Shown piece by piece: positions 55,578-64,000 of a DNA stretch of 64,000 bases; the first letter of the stretch is position 1; the number at the start of each line of letters is the position of its first letter. The position numbers were made by a program, and so were the translations under genes. Source of the stretch: an uncultured virus (IMG/VR IMGVR_UViG_3300030101_003884) (taxonomy: Duplodnaviria; Heunggongvirae; Uroviricota; Caudoviricetes); the IMG/VR virus record IMGVR_UViG_3300030101_003884; one strand, 5' to 3'. Below the pieces are notes generated by a model that was not told the DNA's origin, searched no databases, and worked only from the letters and a program-made list of their open reading frames with translations.

Positions 55578-56240
55578 TTATGGTGATGGCGAATCAACTT
55601 TTATTCTAGGAACACCATCATCGTATTCAGCTCTTCTTCTTCTACCCATTTGTTGAATAGCAAAAGCTTGTACTTCATCATTATACTTACTTTTATACAA
55701 ATTGTACATATCTTGAGGTCCTTTTAAATAAGAAAGAGTTTCTGTTAAGACCCCGTGTAATAACATACTTTCTTGATAAGTTGATAGATAAGTGGTTGTT
55801 GAGCTATTAAAATGTGGGGGATCAATAATATAATTAAGTTGAACTCCGTAAGCAATATTTGGAGTTGGTGCAACAACAATTGATGCATCATCCCAATTTG
55901 CATAATATTTTGGTTTGCCTGTAGCTCCACTACCGTTAAATTCTGTTATAAAACTTGTATCTCTTTTTTCCATAAAAGTTCTTTCACTTGTAATTGTATT
56001 ATCGGCAAAAACTTGAAGAGATCTAATTATCAAAAAATCTGAAGGAGTTACTAGATATCTTTTGTTTGCTGTAAACGAAGAAGTTGCATATTTTCTAATA
56101 TCATCATAATCAACCTTACCAGCTATATCTAATTCAGTATTTCTTATAAATTGATCTATTAATGTATCTGATAAAACATTTGAATCTACTTCAGTGTAAC
56201 TTCTTACTTGTGTCAAAAAATTTGTATAAGTTATAGCCAT
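55578..56240 (-). CDS. Putative head-tail adaptor/tail tubular protein
   Basis: GKPKYYA...VAPTP pattern. Confidence 0.6.
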   Translation of the reverse strand: MAITYTNFLTQVRSYTEVDSNVLSDTLIDQFIRNTELDIAGKVDYDDIRKYATSSFTANKRYLVTPSDFLIIRSLQVFADNTITSERTFMEKRDTSFITEFNGSGATGKPKYYANWDDASIVVAPTPNIAYGVQLNYIIDPPHFNSSTTTYLSTYQESMLLHGVLTETLSYLKGPQDMYNLYKSKYNDEVQAFAIQQMGRRRRAEYDDGVPRIKVDSPSP

Positions 56241-56680
56241 TATGTAATATTAACCTCCACTTGACCTATTGTTGAAATAAGTTCTCTCCTTCTGTTTTGT
56301 AAAGAAGGGTCTTCTGGAATCATACTATGAACTGTTGATGTAATTCCATTTCTTGTTATTTCAAAATCTTGTGTTTTAAATGCAAAATCTCCGGGCAATG
56401 ATAAATTTGCAATACCTACTGAAGCACCACCAGAATCTGATATAGTAACATCATTTGTAAATTTAACTGAGGGTTGTTGAAATTTCATGTTTCTAGTATT
56501 TTGTAAAGCTATTGCATCAGGAACATGATGTCTTCTTCTTATCTGTGGATGTTTTGGTTCAAATTCTGATACATGCACAAAAGAACCATTCCATTCTTTT
56601 ACCATTTCGACATAAGGAAATGCCATACCTGATCTGTCAGAAATTGCTTGAGATCTTTTACCAGTTGCATATTTAGCCAT
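56240..56680 (-). CDS. Conserved virion-module protein
   Basis: AISDRSGMAFPY..MVKEWNG...FEPKHPQ. Confidence 0.6.
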   Translation of the reverse strand: MAKYATGKRSQAISDRSGMAFPYVEMVKEWNGSFVHVSEFEPKHPQIRRRHHVPDAIALQNTRNMKFQQPSVKFTNDVTISDSGGASVGIANLSLPGDFAFKTQDFEITRNGITSTVHSMIPEDPSLQNRRRELISTIGQVEVNIT

Positions 56681-56682
56681 AA

Positions 56683-57378
56683 TTAAATTCCATTAGGGTA
56701 AAAAGATTGAGGAGTTATGAAAGTAGAGGTTCTTTGACCATCTTCATCTAAAGCCCTTTTGAGCTCATCTTCATAAACTAATTTATTTTGTTGTACTAAT
56801 TGCGGTGCTTTTTTCATAGATAGATAATAAGCAAGTCCTGCACACATGCACGGTAAAAATCTATAAGCTACATCTGCATCATTTGTATATGCACCTGCAT
56901 CTTCAATTCTTTTTATTACGTAATATTTTAATGTCGTATACGTATTTAAATCTGGAGCTTGGTATAAATAAATTTTTGGGGTAGTTAATCTTTCTACGTA
57001 ATATTGTGATGGTTGCCCTGTTGCTAATTTATTAGGTAAAGCTGCATAAGTTGACCTATCTATTTTAGTCAAAGATACATCTTGTGTGTTTGAGTTATCA
57101 GAAGAAGCTGCGCTTGAAGATACAAAAGCTTCCAAAACATCACTTACGTTTGTACTTACGGTATATTCTGCCTGACCTGAAACTAATGCGTTTTCATTAA
57201 GTGCAACTTTCCAAAGATGAATTCCTCTATTTCCCCATTCTGCAAATAATAAATCTAGACTTCTTCTAGCTGATCTAAGATCATAACCTGATGTAGTAGA
57301 CATCCCACATCTTTCATAACCTTCATCAATAATTTCATCAATATTTAAATTAAATGCTGTAGTCCCTGAAGTCGCCAT
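56683..57378 (-). CDS. Putative head-completion/adaptor protein (P22 gp4-like)
   Basis: SARRSLDLLFAEWGNRG...GQPSQYY...AGLAYYLS. Confidence 0.6.
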   Translation of the reverse strand: MATSGTTAFNLNIDEIIDEGYERCGMSTTSGYDLRSARRSLDLLFAEWGNRGIHLWKVALNENALVSGQAEYTVSTNVSDVLEAFVSSSAASSDNSNTQDVSLTKIDRSTYAALPNKLATGQPSQYYVERLTTPKIYLYQAPDLNTYTTLKYYVIKRIEDAGAYTNDADVAYRFLPCMCAGLAYYLSMKKAPQLVQQNKLVYEDELKRALDEDGQRTSTFITPQSFYPNGI

Positions 57379-57499
57379 TATTATCCTTTTTACGGTTATA
57401 CAATTTTTTAGATTGTATCACTTTTTGTTTAAATTTTGAAGACCTTAGACTTTTTGCTATATAATTTGGCGATGACGCGTTTTTTCTTCTTTTTTTCAT
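57350..57499 (-). CDS. Small basic protein (49 aa, not in ORF track)
   Basis: MKKRRKNASSPNYIAKSLRSSKFKQKVIQSKKLYNRKKD...; GAGGT RBS. Confidence 0.5.
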   Translation of the reverse strand: MKKRRKNASSPNYIAKSLRSSKFKQKVIQSKKLYNRKKDNNGDFRDYSI

Positions 57500-57560
57500 C
57501 ACGTGCACCTCTTAGTTTACCTTCAACTTGTTTTGAAATTTGTCCTCTACCTATTGCCAT
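57429..57560 (-). CDS. Small basic protein (43 aa, not in ORF track)
   Basis: MAIGRGQISKQVEGKLRGARDEKKKKKRVIAKLYSKKSKVFKI; TAATG-coupled to M15 gene. Confidence 0.5.
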   Translation of the reverse strand: MAIGRGQISKQVEGKLRGARDEKKKKKRVIAKLYSKKSKVFKI

Positions 57561-58036
57561 TAAATTAAATCTACCGCCTTCCCTATAATTGGTTTGTATT
57601 TTGTTTTTCCATCTTCTTTATAAGCTCTTAAATATTGATGTCTTGGATTGAATGGTACATAACTTGCGTGTATCCATCCAGAGTTAGGCTCACCAGGAGT
57701 ATAATACTCCAAAATTAATTGATCTACTTCACAATTCATTTTAACCCAATCTGCTACCTCAGCGTTGTCAACTCCCATGCATTCAAAATCAACCGCCTCA
57801 GCTTTTGCATGTTGTGATCCAATCGAGCTACCAATAGCAACACACAGCTCAGGGCTACGATAGCCGCTGGTAACTTTTACTCTACCAAACTGATCACGCA
57901 CCGGCTGTAAAATATTTTCACATACTGCTTTTAATTTATCAATCTGATCAGCATTAGGTTCGTTATCAATACCACGCCTGATAGCAGTATCTGATTTTGT
58001 CAATTCTTGAAGAGAAAAATTTCTTGTAAGTTGCAT
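57560..58036 (-). CDS. Peptidase M15 endolysin
   Basis: NFSLQEL..S, SGYRS, SQH...AVD, WIHAS zinc ligands. Confidence 0.85.
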   Translation of the reverse strand: MQLTRNFSLQELTKSDTAIRRGIDNEPNADQIDKLKAVCENILQPVRDQFGRVKVTSGYRSPELCVAIGSSIGSQHAKAEAVDFECMGVDNAEVADWVKMNCEVDQLILEYYTPGEPNSGWIHASYVPFNPRHQYLRAYKEDGKTKYKPIIGKAVDLI

Positions 58037-58248
58037 TATTCTAATATTAATTTTTTAATTGATAAAGATCCATCTATATTTTTTTCTAACTCTGCCTTAC
58101 CTTTCCAGCATTTATAAGACACTGATTCTGAATATTGTCTTTCAGCTGTTCTTTTACCACGTAAACATGCAGCCATAGATTCTTGCAAACGAGCCTCTTT
58201 AATTTCTCCATTTACAAACATAAGCAGTCCTATCACAGCTTCAATCAT
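58036..58248 (-). CDS. Small Cys-pair protein in lysis region
   Basis: 70 aa, hydrophobic N-terminus, two Cys. Confidence 0.5.
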   Translation of the reverse strand: MIEAVIGLLMFVNGEIKEARLQESMAACLRGKRTAERQYSESVSYKCWKGKAELEKNIDGSLSIKKLILE

Positions 58249-58321
58249 ATTTTCTCACATATATTAATATTGATAACATAATTACGGAAACCAAGATACC
58301 TATAAAAAATAAACCTATCAT
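58241..58321 (-). CDS. Hydrophobic 26-aa micropeptide (not in ORF track)
   Basis: MIGLFFIGILVSVIMLSILIYVRKYD; GGGAG RBS; ATGA overlap. Confidence 0.55.
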   Translation of the reverse strand: MIGLFFIGILVSVIMLSILIYVRKYD

Positions 58322-58740
58322 TGATAGCTCCCGTTTTTATAACCTATTTCTCTGTTAGCATCCTTTAATTTTTCTATGTCAGCTAACACTTTATCCATCT
58401 GTTTAGATAAAAATTCTATGTTTACCTTGTTTAGAGCCATGTCATCAATATGTTTACTTAGTTTTTCTGTTGTTTTATAAAGATCTTCCAACATCATATA
58501 CTGCTCAGAATCTGCGGGCAAGGACCCCATCTGACCACGTGGCCATTTAATTCTAAACTCTGTATTTTCTTCTAAATCTTTTTCCATTATCTGAAGTCTT
58601 GTGTCTGCAATGTTAAGGCGTTCTAATATTTGAAAGTAACCCATAGTGCCAAGTGCTACGATAATTATTAGGCTTGCAACCGTTTTCATGGGCATTGAGA
58701 CAGATGCTTCCTCTGAGATTCTTAATGGTTTATTGGACAT
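58318..58740 (-). CDS. TM-anchored coiled-coil protein (possible spanin-like)
   Basis: Start MSNKPL after GGAGG; N-terminal TM then coiled coil. Confidence 0.5.
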   Translation of the reverse strand: MSNKPLRISEEASVSMPMKTVASLIIIVALGTMGYFQILERLNIADTRLQIMEKDLEENTEFRIKWPRGQMGSLPADSEQYMMLEDLYKTTEKLSKHIDDMALNKVNIEFLSKQMDKVLADIEKLKDANREIGYKNGSYQ

Positions 58741-58807
58741 TTGGTCCTCCACAAATAGCTAAAAATAAAAACCCTATTATTAAAGCACCTGTAAAATAAT
58801 AATTCAT
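58730..58807 (-). CDS. Hydrophobic 25-aa micropeptide (not in ORF track)
   Basis: MNYYFTGALIIGFLFLAICGGPNVQ; GGAG RBS. Confidence 0.5.
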   Translation of the reverse strand: MNYYFTGALIIGFLFLAICGGPNVQ

Positions 58808-58823
58808 AATTACAATCTCCATT

Positions 58824-59576
58824 TTATTCCTTCGGAAAATCCATTCTGTTATCTGGTGATTTTATATTTTTTCCATCGTTTTCAAAAGACATATCGTCTG
58901 CATATTCTTTGTATTTTTTATAAGTTCTTTTATTGTCATTTTTTTCTTTCATTTCGTAAAACATTTTATCTGAATCTTCTGTAACCATATTGTTATCCTC
59001 TGCATCCCAATAAGTAGTTTGCACTTTATAATCTGGCCAACTGTTATCAGTAGTATAACTATTAATATGCCACAGAATACGATTATTAGGCTGAGCTGCG
59101 TAATTGCCATTATCAAGTTCCAAAATATGTGCACACTTATGTTCTTGAGGAATTTCAGAATGCTCTGTATCCAAAATGTTAACGTCTGGATGAGCCCAAT
59201 CAATTGTAAATAAATACTTTCCATGATAAAATTTTTTATCAAGTCCAAGATATTTGCCGTTTACACCATCCAACCAATCAAAGCAAGTAACACTAGGCCA
59301 GTAACTAAAACTGTTCCACAATTCCAACTCGTGCGTCTGCATATTCGGCACATCGGCTCTGTCATAACGTTTTTGGAAAAACGCTGAGATAGGCAAACGC
59401 CAATAGCATGCACCATTTGGTAACATAATGTTAAATAAGAGCGCACGCCCTGAAATCGATGTAAGCCCGAAAATAACACATTCTTCAGCTTCACCATGAT
59501 GTTCTTTAAGATCATATAAATATTCCTTTCTAACTTTACAGTATATTGGAGGTAAGTTTGAATTTAGATATGCCAT
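58824..59576 (-). CDS. Conserved phage hypothetical protein
   Basis: Start MAYLNSN; GKYLFTIDW...EHKCAH...GNYAAQPNNR. Confidence 0.7.
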   Translation of the reverse strand: MAYLNSNLPPIYCKVRKEYLYDLKEHHGEAEECVIFGLTSISGRALLFNIMLPNGACYWRLPISAFFQKRYDRADVPNMQTHELELWNSFSYWPSVTCFDWLDGVNGKYLGLDKKFYHGKYLFTIDWAHPDVNILDTEHSEIPQEHKCAHILELDNGNYAAQPNNRILWHINSYTTDNSWPDYKVQTTYWDAEDNNMVTEDSDKMFYEMKEKNDNKRTYKKYKEYADDMSFENDGKNIKSPDNRMDFPKE

Positions 59577-59669
59577 GTTTGTATTTTTCTCTCCAGTAGT
59601 TTTTTCTTTCAAGTATTCTAATTCTTTTATCTAATTCTTCAAATCCTAATAATTTTTTAAAAAAATTTT

Positions 59670-59987
59670 TTAACATTTCCATCTTCTCCTTGCTTGCCTT
59701 ATTCTTGAATTAGGATCATTTCTTGTTTTAGCAGAAGATCTTTTTAACTGTCCAAGCGATCTTGCGCAATATGATTTTCTACGTTTCGCAGCTTTTGATC
59801 CTTTTTTTACTTTCCCCGTAACTGCTGTTTTTAATTTAGAACCTGGATTTTCTCTTCGATATCTAGCCACACCAGCTTTAGTCATACCTGCACCAGATTC
59901 AGTTTTTCTAAAATATTTTTTTGTTTTAGGGGGCTGAACATCAGACCCCCTTTTAAAACCTGGTATAGTTTTATTCATACCGTTCAT
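59670..59987 (-). CDS. DUF6321-like basic protein
   Basis: GMTKAGVARYRRENPGSKLK...RRKSYCARS...RRWKC. Confidence 0.7.
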   Translation of the reverse strand: MNGMNKTIPGFKRGSDVQPPKTKKYFRKTESGAGMTKAGVARYRRENPGSKLKTAVTGKVKKGSKAAKRRKSYCARSLGQLKRSSAKTRNDPNSRIRQARRRWKC

Positions 59988-59990
59988 TTA

Positions 59991-60320
59991 TTAACCGTTC
60001 TGACCTGACATACTAGGTCCAGAGTATTTATCGGTTAACAAAGTATATGCAGTAACATTTGTTTTTGTTTTACAAAAAATTCCTGCAGGGAATAAAATAC
60101 CATCTTCTGGAAAATTAAAATTAATTACATCTCCAGTAGGTATATCTGCTTGAAACAATGTTGTTCCTGAATTTGATGTTGTAGTTAATTCAAGAACACC
60201 TGCTCCACCACCATCAGATGCAATAATTATTCCTTTTAACCTAATAGGTTGAGAAATAATTGCACTTGCTCCTGCTGCTGCTGCAGATCTTGTTGCTTGT
60301 ATATCGCCTTTGAAAGACAT
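59991..60320 (-). CDS. Putative minor structural protein
   Basis: Beta-rich, FPEDGILFPAG; AGGAG RBS. Confidence 0.55.
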   Translation of the reverse strand: MSFKGDIQATRSAAAAGASAIISQPIRLKGIIIASDGGGAGVLELTTTSNSGTTLFQADIPTGDVINFNFPEDGILFPAGIFCKTKTNVTAYTLLTDKYSGPSMSGQNG

Positions 60321-60337
60321 ATAGTTCTCCTTAATTT

Positions 60338-60357
60338 GTGGCTCCCGAAGGAGCCAC
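60338..60357 (-). other. cUUCGg tetraloop hairpin between structural genes
   Basis: GTGGCTCC-TTCG-GGAGCCAC on minus strand. Confidence 0.65.
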
Positions 60358-60367
60358 TATTTTATTA

Positions 60368-60772
60368 TTAAGCTATTGTTGCACCTTGAGTTGAACTTGC
60401 AATCCAACCAATAGTACTATTCCAAACTAAAGTAGCTGACTCTCCTACTGCATCGAATGTAATTGTAGTTCCATTTGCAAAAGTAGTTGGAGTTAAAGTT
60501 CCATCTCCACCATCAACAATCATATTTATGATTTTAATTTGCCCTGAAGTTGTGCCATCAGCTAAAGTCAATGCATTAGCTCCAGTAGTAGTCAATTCAG
60601 TTACTAAATTAGTTAAATCAACTGCCCCAGCACCTGATAAAGATTGAACACCACCTCTTATAGCTTTTCCATAAGATGCATTAGATGTAATTGCACCTGT
60701 AGTTGTGTTTTTTGTTATGTCTTCAAAACCGTTTTCCGATCGAACCGGTCCTGTAAATGTAGTATTTGCCAT
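60368..60772 (-). CDS. Putative capsid fibre/decoration protein
   Basis: MANTTFTGPVRSENGF; Thr/Gly-rich; directly after capsid gene. Confidence 0.6.
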   Translation of the reverse strand: MANTTFTGPVRSENGFEDITKNTTTGAITSNASYGKAIRGGVQSLSGAGAVDLTNLVTELTTTGANALTLADGTTSGQIKIINMIVDGGDGTLTPTTFANGTTITFDAVGESATLVWNSTIGWIASSTQGATIA

Positions 60773-60786
60773 AATATTTTTCCTTT

Positions 60787-60856
60787 GTATAGCGTTTCTT
60801 ATGTAGTCTCTATACCGTCTGCCTAGCCAGTCTACATAATAATTATTTTTCTAGGT
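60787..60856 (-). ncRNA. Candidate double-pseudoknot 5' leader RNA
   Basis: Four complementary pairings between TATAAT (60863-60868) and RBS. Confidence 0.55.
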
Positions 60857-60871
60857 CTTTTTATTATACAT

Positions 60872-60904
60872 AAAAAAAGGGGCGATGTGAACACCGCCCC
60901 TTTT
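60872..60904 (-). terminator. Rho-independent terminator after capsid gene
   Basis: AAAAGGGGCGGTG-TTCA-CATCGCCCC-T7 on minus strand. Confidence 0.85.
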
Positions 60905-60928
60905 AAGTACCAATATGGTTATTGATTA

Positions 60929-61839
60929 TTAACTAGTTGGTAGATTTCCATTACCAAAAATACATCTTGGATCAGAGAATCCAAAAGAGTATCTTTCTCT
61001 AGCTTTAAATCTCATGTTACCTGTATCGAAGTNNNNNNNNNNTTGATCGGTGATCTAACAAACATTTTTAGTCCATTAGGCACATCAGTTAACAAGAAGT
61101 ATGAATCTGTGTCAGTTAAAAAGTTATTAACTCTGTAACCTTCAGGTACCATACCCATGTTATTGATCGCATTAATGTCATTGTCTGCAGTGCCGGTTCT
61201 CATTGGAGATTTCATGATTCTTTCCGCTGTGAACTGTAGTTCTTTTGGAATAATCATTTTTCTTCCTGTAGAAGCTATTTTTAAGCCTCTTTCATCGACA
61301 AATCCAGAAATGTCAATTAATGACTGCTCAAGTGAAGTTTCGTTAAGGTCTGCAGCAGTTGCAAGAACGTTTGAAAAAGTTCCGCCTGTTGCAAGTGGAT
61401 GAGATGCATTAATTAATGATACTCCATCACCACCTGTTACAGTTGTAACTTGTGCATTGTTCAATACGTTTGCAGCTTTAACTTGCTTCGTATTTGCCAT
61501 AGATCTTGCAAGAGCTCTTGTGTATCTTCCAGCAAGTCTATCGTATAGGTTGTCTTCGATTGCTTCTTCAGTGATAGCAAATGCTAAAGCAATTGTTTCG
61601 TGGTTGTATCTAGCTGTGAAAGTTTCACCTGCTTGATCGAACACTACTCCAGCACCTTCTTGTTTAGTTGGTGCAGAAGCGAAACCGCTTAACATTACTT
61701 CTTCTTCAAAAGCTCTGTCAGATGTTTCAGTCGCAAAAATTTCAGCATGCTGATTTTCATAACGACTATATTCCAGGCCGAATAAAGCATTCAAACCTGG
61801 CTCTAGTTCTTTAACTAGTTGTGATCGTGATATCGCCAT
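60929..61839 (-). CDS. Major capsid protein (apparent frameshift caused by N gap at 61033-61042)
   Basis: After the gap another frame gives FDTGNMRFKARERYSFGFSDPRCIFGNGNLPTS-stop; followed by terminator. Confidence 0.85.
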
Positions 61840-61854
61840 AGTTATTCTCCCTTA

Positions 61855-62334
61855 TTACGCTATACCTGTACCACTTCTAAAGAAGTGATTATTGATTCTA
61901 ACAAGAATATTTGCATTAGCAGAAGATGTGTCAGAGTTATCTGGGTCTTGGCAAATATCAATTGCTTGAATAGCAAAAGTAGTTGCTGTACCAGAAACAC
62001 TTACATCTAGTTGCTGTTTAGATATTCCTGTTGTTGTAACACCAGTAGTGTTTGTAACAGAATAGTTCTTGTACAAATCTGCTCTAGTGAAAGCCGCGTC
62101 AGCATCAACTAAGAATACTGCATCTGGATCGTCTATGACGAATGCAGTAATATCGCTAGCAGCAATGCCACCAGGATAAAANNNNNNNNNNCCTAATGGT
62201 TCAACCATTTCTCCTTGGAAAATCGCGTCACTGTATCCTGATGCAATCGTATATCTGTTTTGAGCTCCAGCTAAAGGTGTACCGTCTAGTTTTCTGTATG
62301 GTCTTAGACCAAACTTTTCTTCGACATTAGCCAT
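61855..62334 (-). CDS. Second copy of capsid-associated protein (gap-shortened)
   Basis: Matches 390-968; N gap at 62182-62191. Confidence 0.7.
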   Translation of the reverse strand: MANVEEKFGLRPYRKLDGTPLAGAQNRYTIASGYSDAIFQGEMVEPLXXXXFYPGGIAASDITAFVIDDPDAVFLVDADAAFTRADLYKNYSVTNTTGVTTTGISKQQLDVSVSGTATTFAIQAIDICQDPDNSDTSSANANILVRINNHFFRSGTGIA

Positions 62335-62392
62335 AGTTGTTTCTCCTTATTATTATTAATCCAAGCTACATCGGGTAGGTAATGCAAAAAAA

Positions 62393-62839
62393 TTATTTTT
62401 TACGACTACCACCAAAGGTAACTCTAGACTGTCTATCAATATTGATAGGCATGTCCGGGTGTTGTTCCTTCATAAGATCCCGATCAATCGCGTCTGTTCT
62501 GTCTTGAGTTATTTTTCTAAAATACTCAGCACGACTTTTCAATATCTCCTCCGGTATCCTTGCCAACACAAGGCCACCAATTCCGATTAAACCAGCATGT
62601 TTACCTTCATAGATAACAGGATAATCATTTTCGCCTATCTCATTTAAAATGGTTTCGGCTTTAACAAATTCCCAACCTTCTCTAAGTTTTTTAGATACAT
62701 TACCTGGATCATCAAAACCATTAGTAGAAGTTCTTATCCATCTGTGTGCATAACCTTGCGGCGCAGCTGGCGCATCCAAACTGGATGGTGGAGTCCAATC
62801 TTTCTTTCTAGAAAGTTTTGTTCTAGATTCAGACTCGCG
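62393..62839 (-). CDS. Second copy of 155-aa head-module protein (start lies in gap)
   Basis: Matches 1031-1498. Confidence 0.7.
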   Translation of the reverse strand, partial: RESESRTKLSRKKDWTPPSSLDAPAAPQGYAHRWIRTSTNGFDDPGNVSKKLREGWEFVKAETILNEIGENDYPVIYEGKHAGLIGIGGLVLARIPEEILKSRAEYFRKITQDRTDAIDRDLMKEQHPDMPINIDRQSRVTFGGSRKK

Positions 62840-62879
62840 NNNNNNNNNNNNNNNNNNNNNNNNNNNNNNNNNNNNNNNN

Positions 62880-63838
62880 ACCCCTAATTTCTTAGCGATA
62901 ACTACCTGTGATTTGGTGAGTTTCACAGACTTGCGTCCACCTGATCTTCTACTAACTGAAGCTACGTTTTGGACGGGTGTAGACTTAGTTTTTTCTTCTT
63001 GAGAAGAATCGGCAAATTTCTGAGGGAAATACTCCTTCATACGTTTGTTGATTTGATTATAGTATTCATCACTCTCCGCGTCAATTCCCTCCCCTAAAAG
63101 ATCTTCATGTATTCCCATAGCGGCTGAAGTTAAAACTCTATCACTGCCAAACCAGTCATTTTTTAATGCCCAATTTTGAGCTCTTTCACTAACTTGTGGT
63201 GTTGGTTGTTCTGTTGTTTTTTCAGCAGGTTGTGATTCTACTTCTTTTTTCTTTGACTCTTTATCTGCAAGTGTCATTGAAACTTTTTCTTTTTCTACAG
63301 CTAATTTTGTAAGCTTATCTTGTGCTTCCAAAATTTGATCTGTATCATTATTATCTAATGCACTTTTTAATTCAGATTTAGCTTTATCTCTTTCAGAATC
63401 AATTCTTGCATTATACTCTTTAAGATAATTAGTATCAGTATCTTCAAACTTTTTTTCAATACTTTCGTACTTATTTTTTAACCCTCTTGCATATTCAACT
63501 GCAGCTTTTTCTCTACGTTCAGCTTCTTTTGCTTGAAAAGTTAATTTTTTTATCCTTTTTTGAACTTTATCAGAATATTCAGCTAGACCTGGATCTTCTT
63601 CTTTTTGTTCAAAAGTAGGTTCAGGTTTTTCTTCTACTGATTCTTCTTTTTGTTCTTTTGTTTCTTGTAAAAGTTCTTTTGCAGTCTTTCCGCCAGTCAC
63701 ATCTGTATAACCAAGATCAACATCTTGTTTTTTTTCAAATGCTTCATTGGAAACTTCTGGAGCTTCTACATTTACTGTTTCTTCGTTTACGCCATCAGTA
63801 TCAATTTCTACTTCTGGACTTTTGTTTTCTTCAGCCAT
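62880..63838 (-). CDS. Second copy of scaffolding protein (end lies in gap)
   Basis: Matches 1500-2492 with many amino-acid differences. Confidence 0.7.
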
Positions 63839-63848
63839 TTAGTCCTCC

Positions 63849-64000
63849 TTAATAATGGTGCAAAATATCATTTGGATCAGTAATAGTAGAAATGACTTCA
63901 TCATCATTTAATACTCTTACTTCTCCGCCTTCAATTTTGAATCTTGAACCTGCGTACCTACTAAAAATTATCCAATCATTTAGTTTGCACCATGGTCCTT
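63849..64000 (-). CDS. groES: GroES-like protein, C-terminal part (second copy)
   Basis: Matches 2503-2654. Confidence 0.75.
   Translation of the reverse strand, partial: GPWCKLNDWIIFSRYAGSRFKIEGGEVRVLNDDEVISTITDPNDILHHY

Larger units (their letters stand above)
61466..64000. repeat. Copy 2 of diverged terminal overlap (matches 1-2654)
   Basis: Same genes, two N gaps, variant alleles. Confidence 0.95.

Noticed and set aside
60929..61042. Programmed frameshift in the capsid gene
   Set aside because: The frame change coincides with the 10-N placeholder gap
62393..63838. 481-aa fusion of scaffold and downstream protein
   Set aside because: Read through a 40-N gap; the intact copy (1031-2492) shows two separate genes
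61466..64000. Genuine direct terminal repeat or head-gene duplication
   Set aside because: Copies are diverged and gap-ridden and start mid-gene; assembly wrap-around between strains is simpler

Overview
This window holds about one complete genome (~61.5 kb) of an AT-rich, podovirus-like tailed dsDNA phage, read mostly on the minus strand. Positions 1-2654 recur at 61466-64000 as a diverged copy, so the contig wraps the circular map and probably joins two strains; it contains four N gaps. Gene content resembles marine SAR11 (Pelagibacter) phages of the HTVC023P type. This is recognised from gene content only and the host is not proven. Modules: head (capsid, scaffold, GroES, portal, TerL/TerS), P22/T7-like tail and ejection proteins, three modular tail fibres, lysis (holin, M15 peptidase), replication (Leu762 PolA, AEP primase, SF1 and SNF2 helicases, PD-(D/E)XK nuclease), two glycosyltransferases, a 2OG-Fe(II) oxygenase and a free-standing LAGLIDADG endonuclease. 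I saw no integrase, RNA polymerase, tRNA or CRISPR. The most striking unexplained signal is a set of intergenic G-U-containing hairpins whose large pyrimidine-rich loops are complementary to the ribosome-binding sites/start codons of the phage's own genes, a candidate anti-RBS small-RNA network. Other signals are a dozen Lys-rich proteins (several sharing an xxGG motif), a double-pseudoknot leader, an iteron-like origin, strand-biased CGAG repeats, unannotated membrane micropeptides and DNA-level conserved junctions in the tail fibres. All pairings and alignments were read by eye and need computational confirmation.
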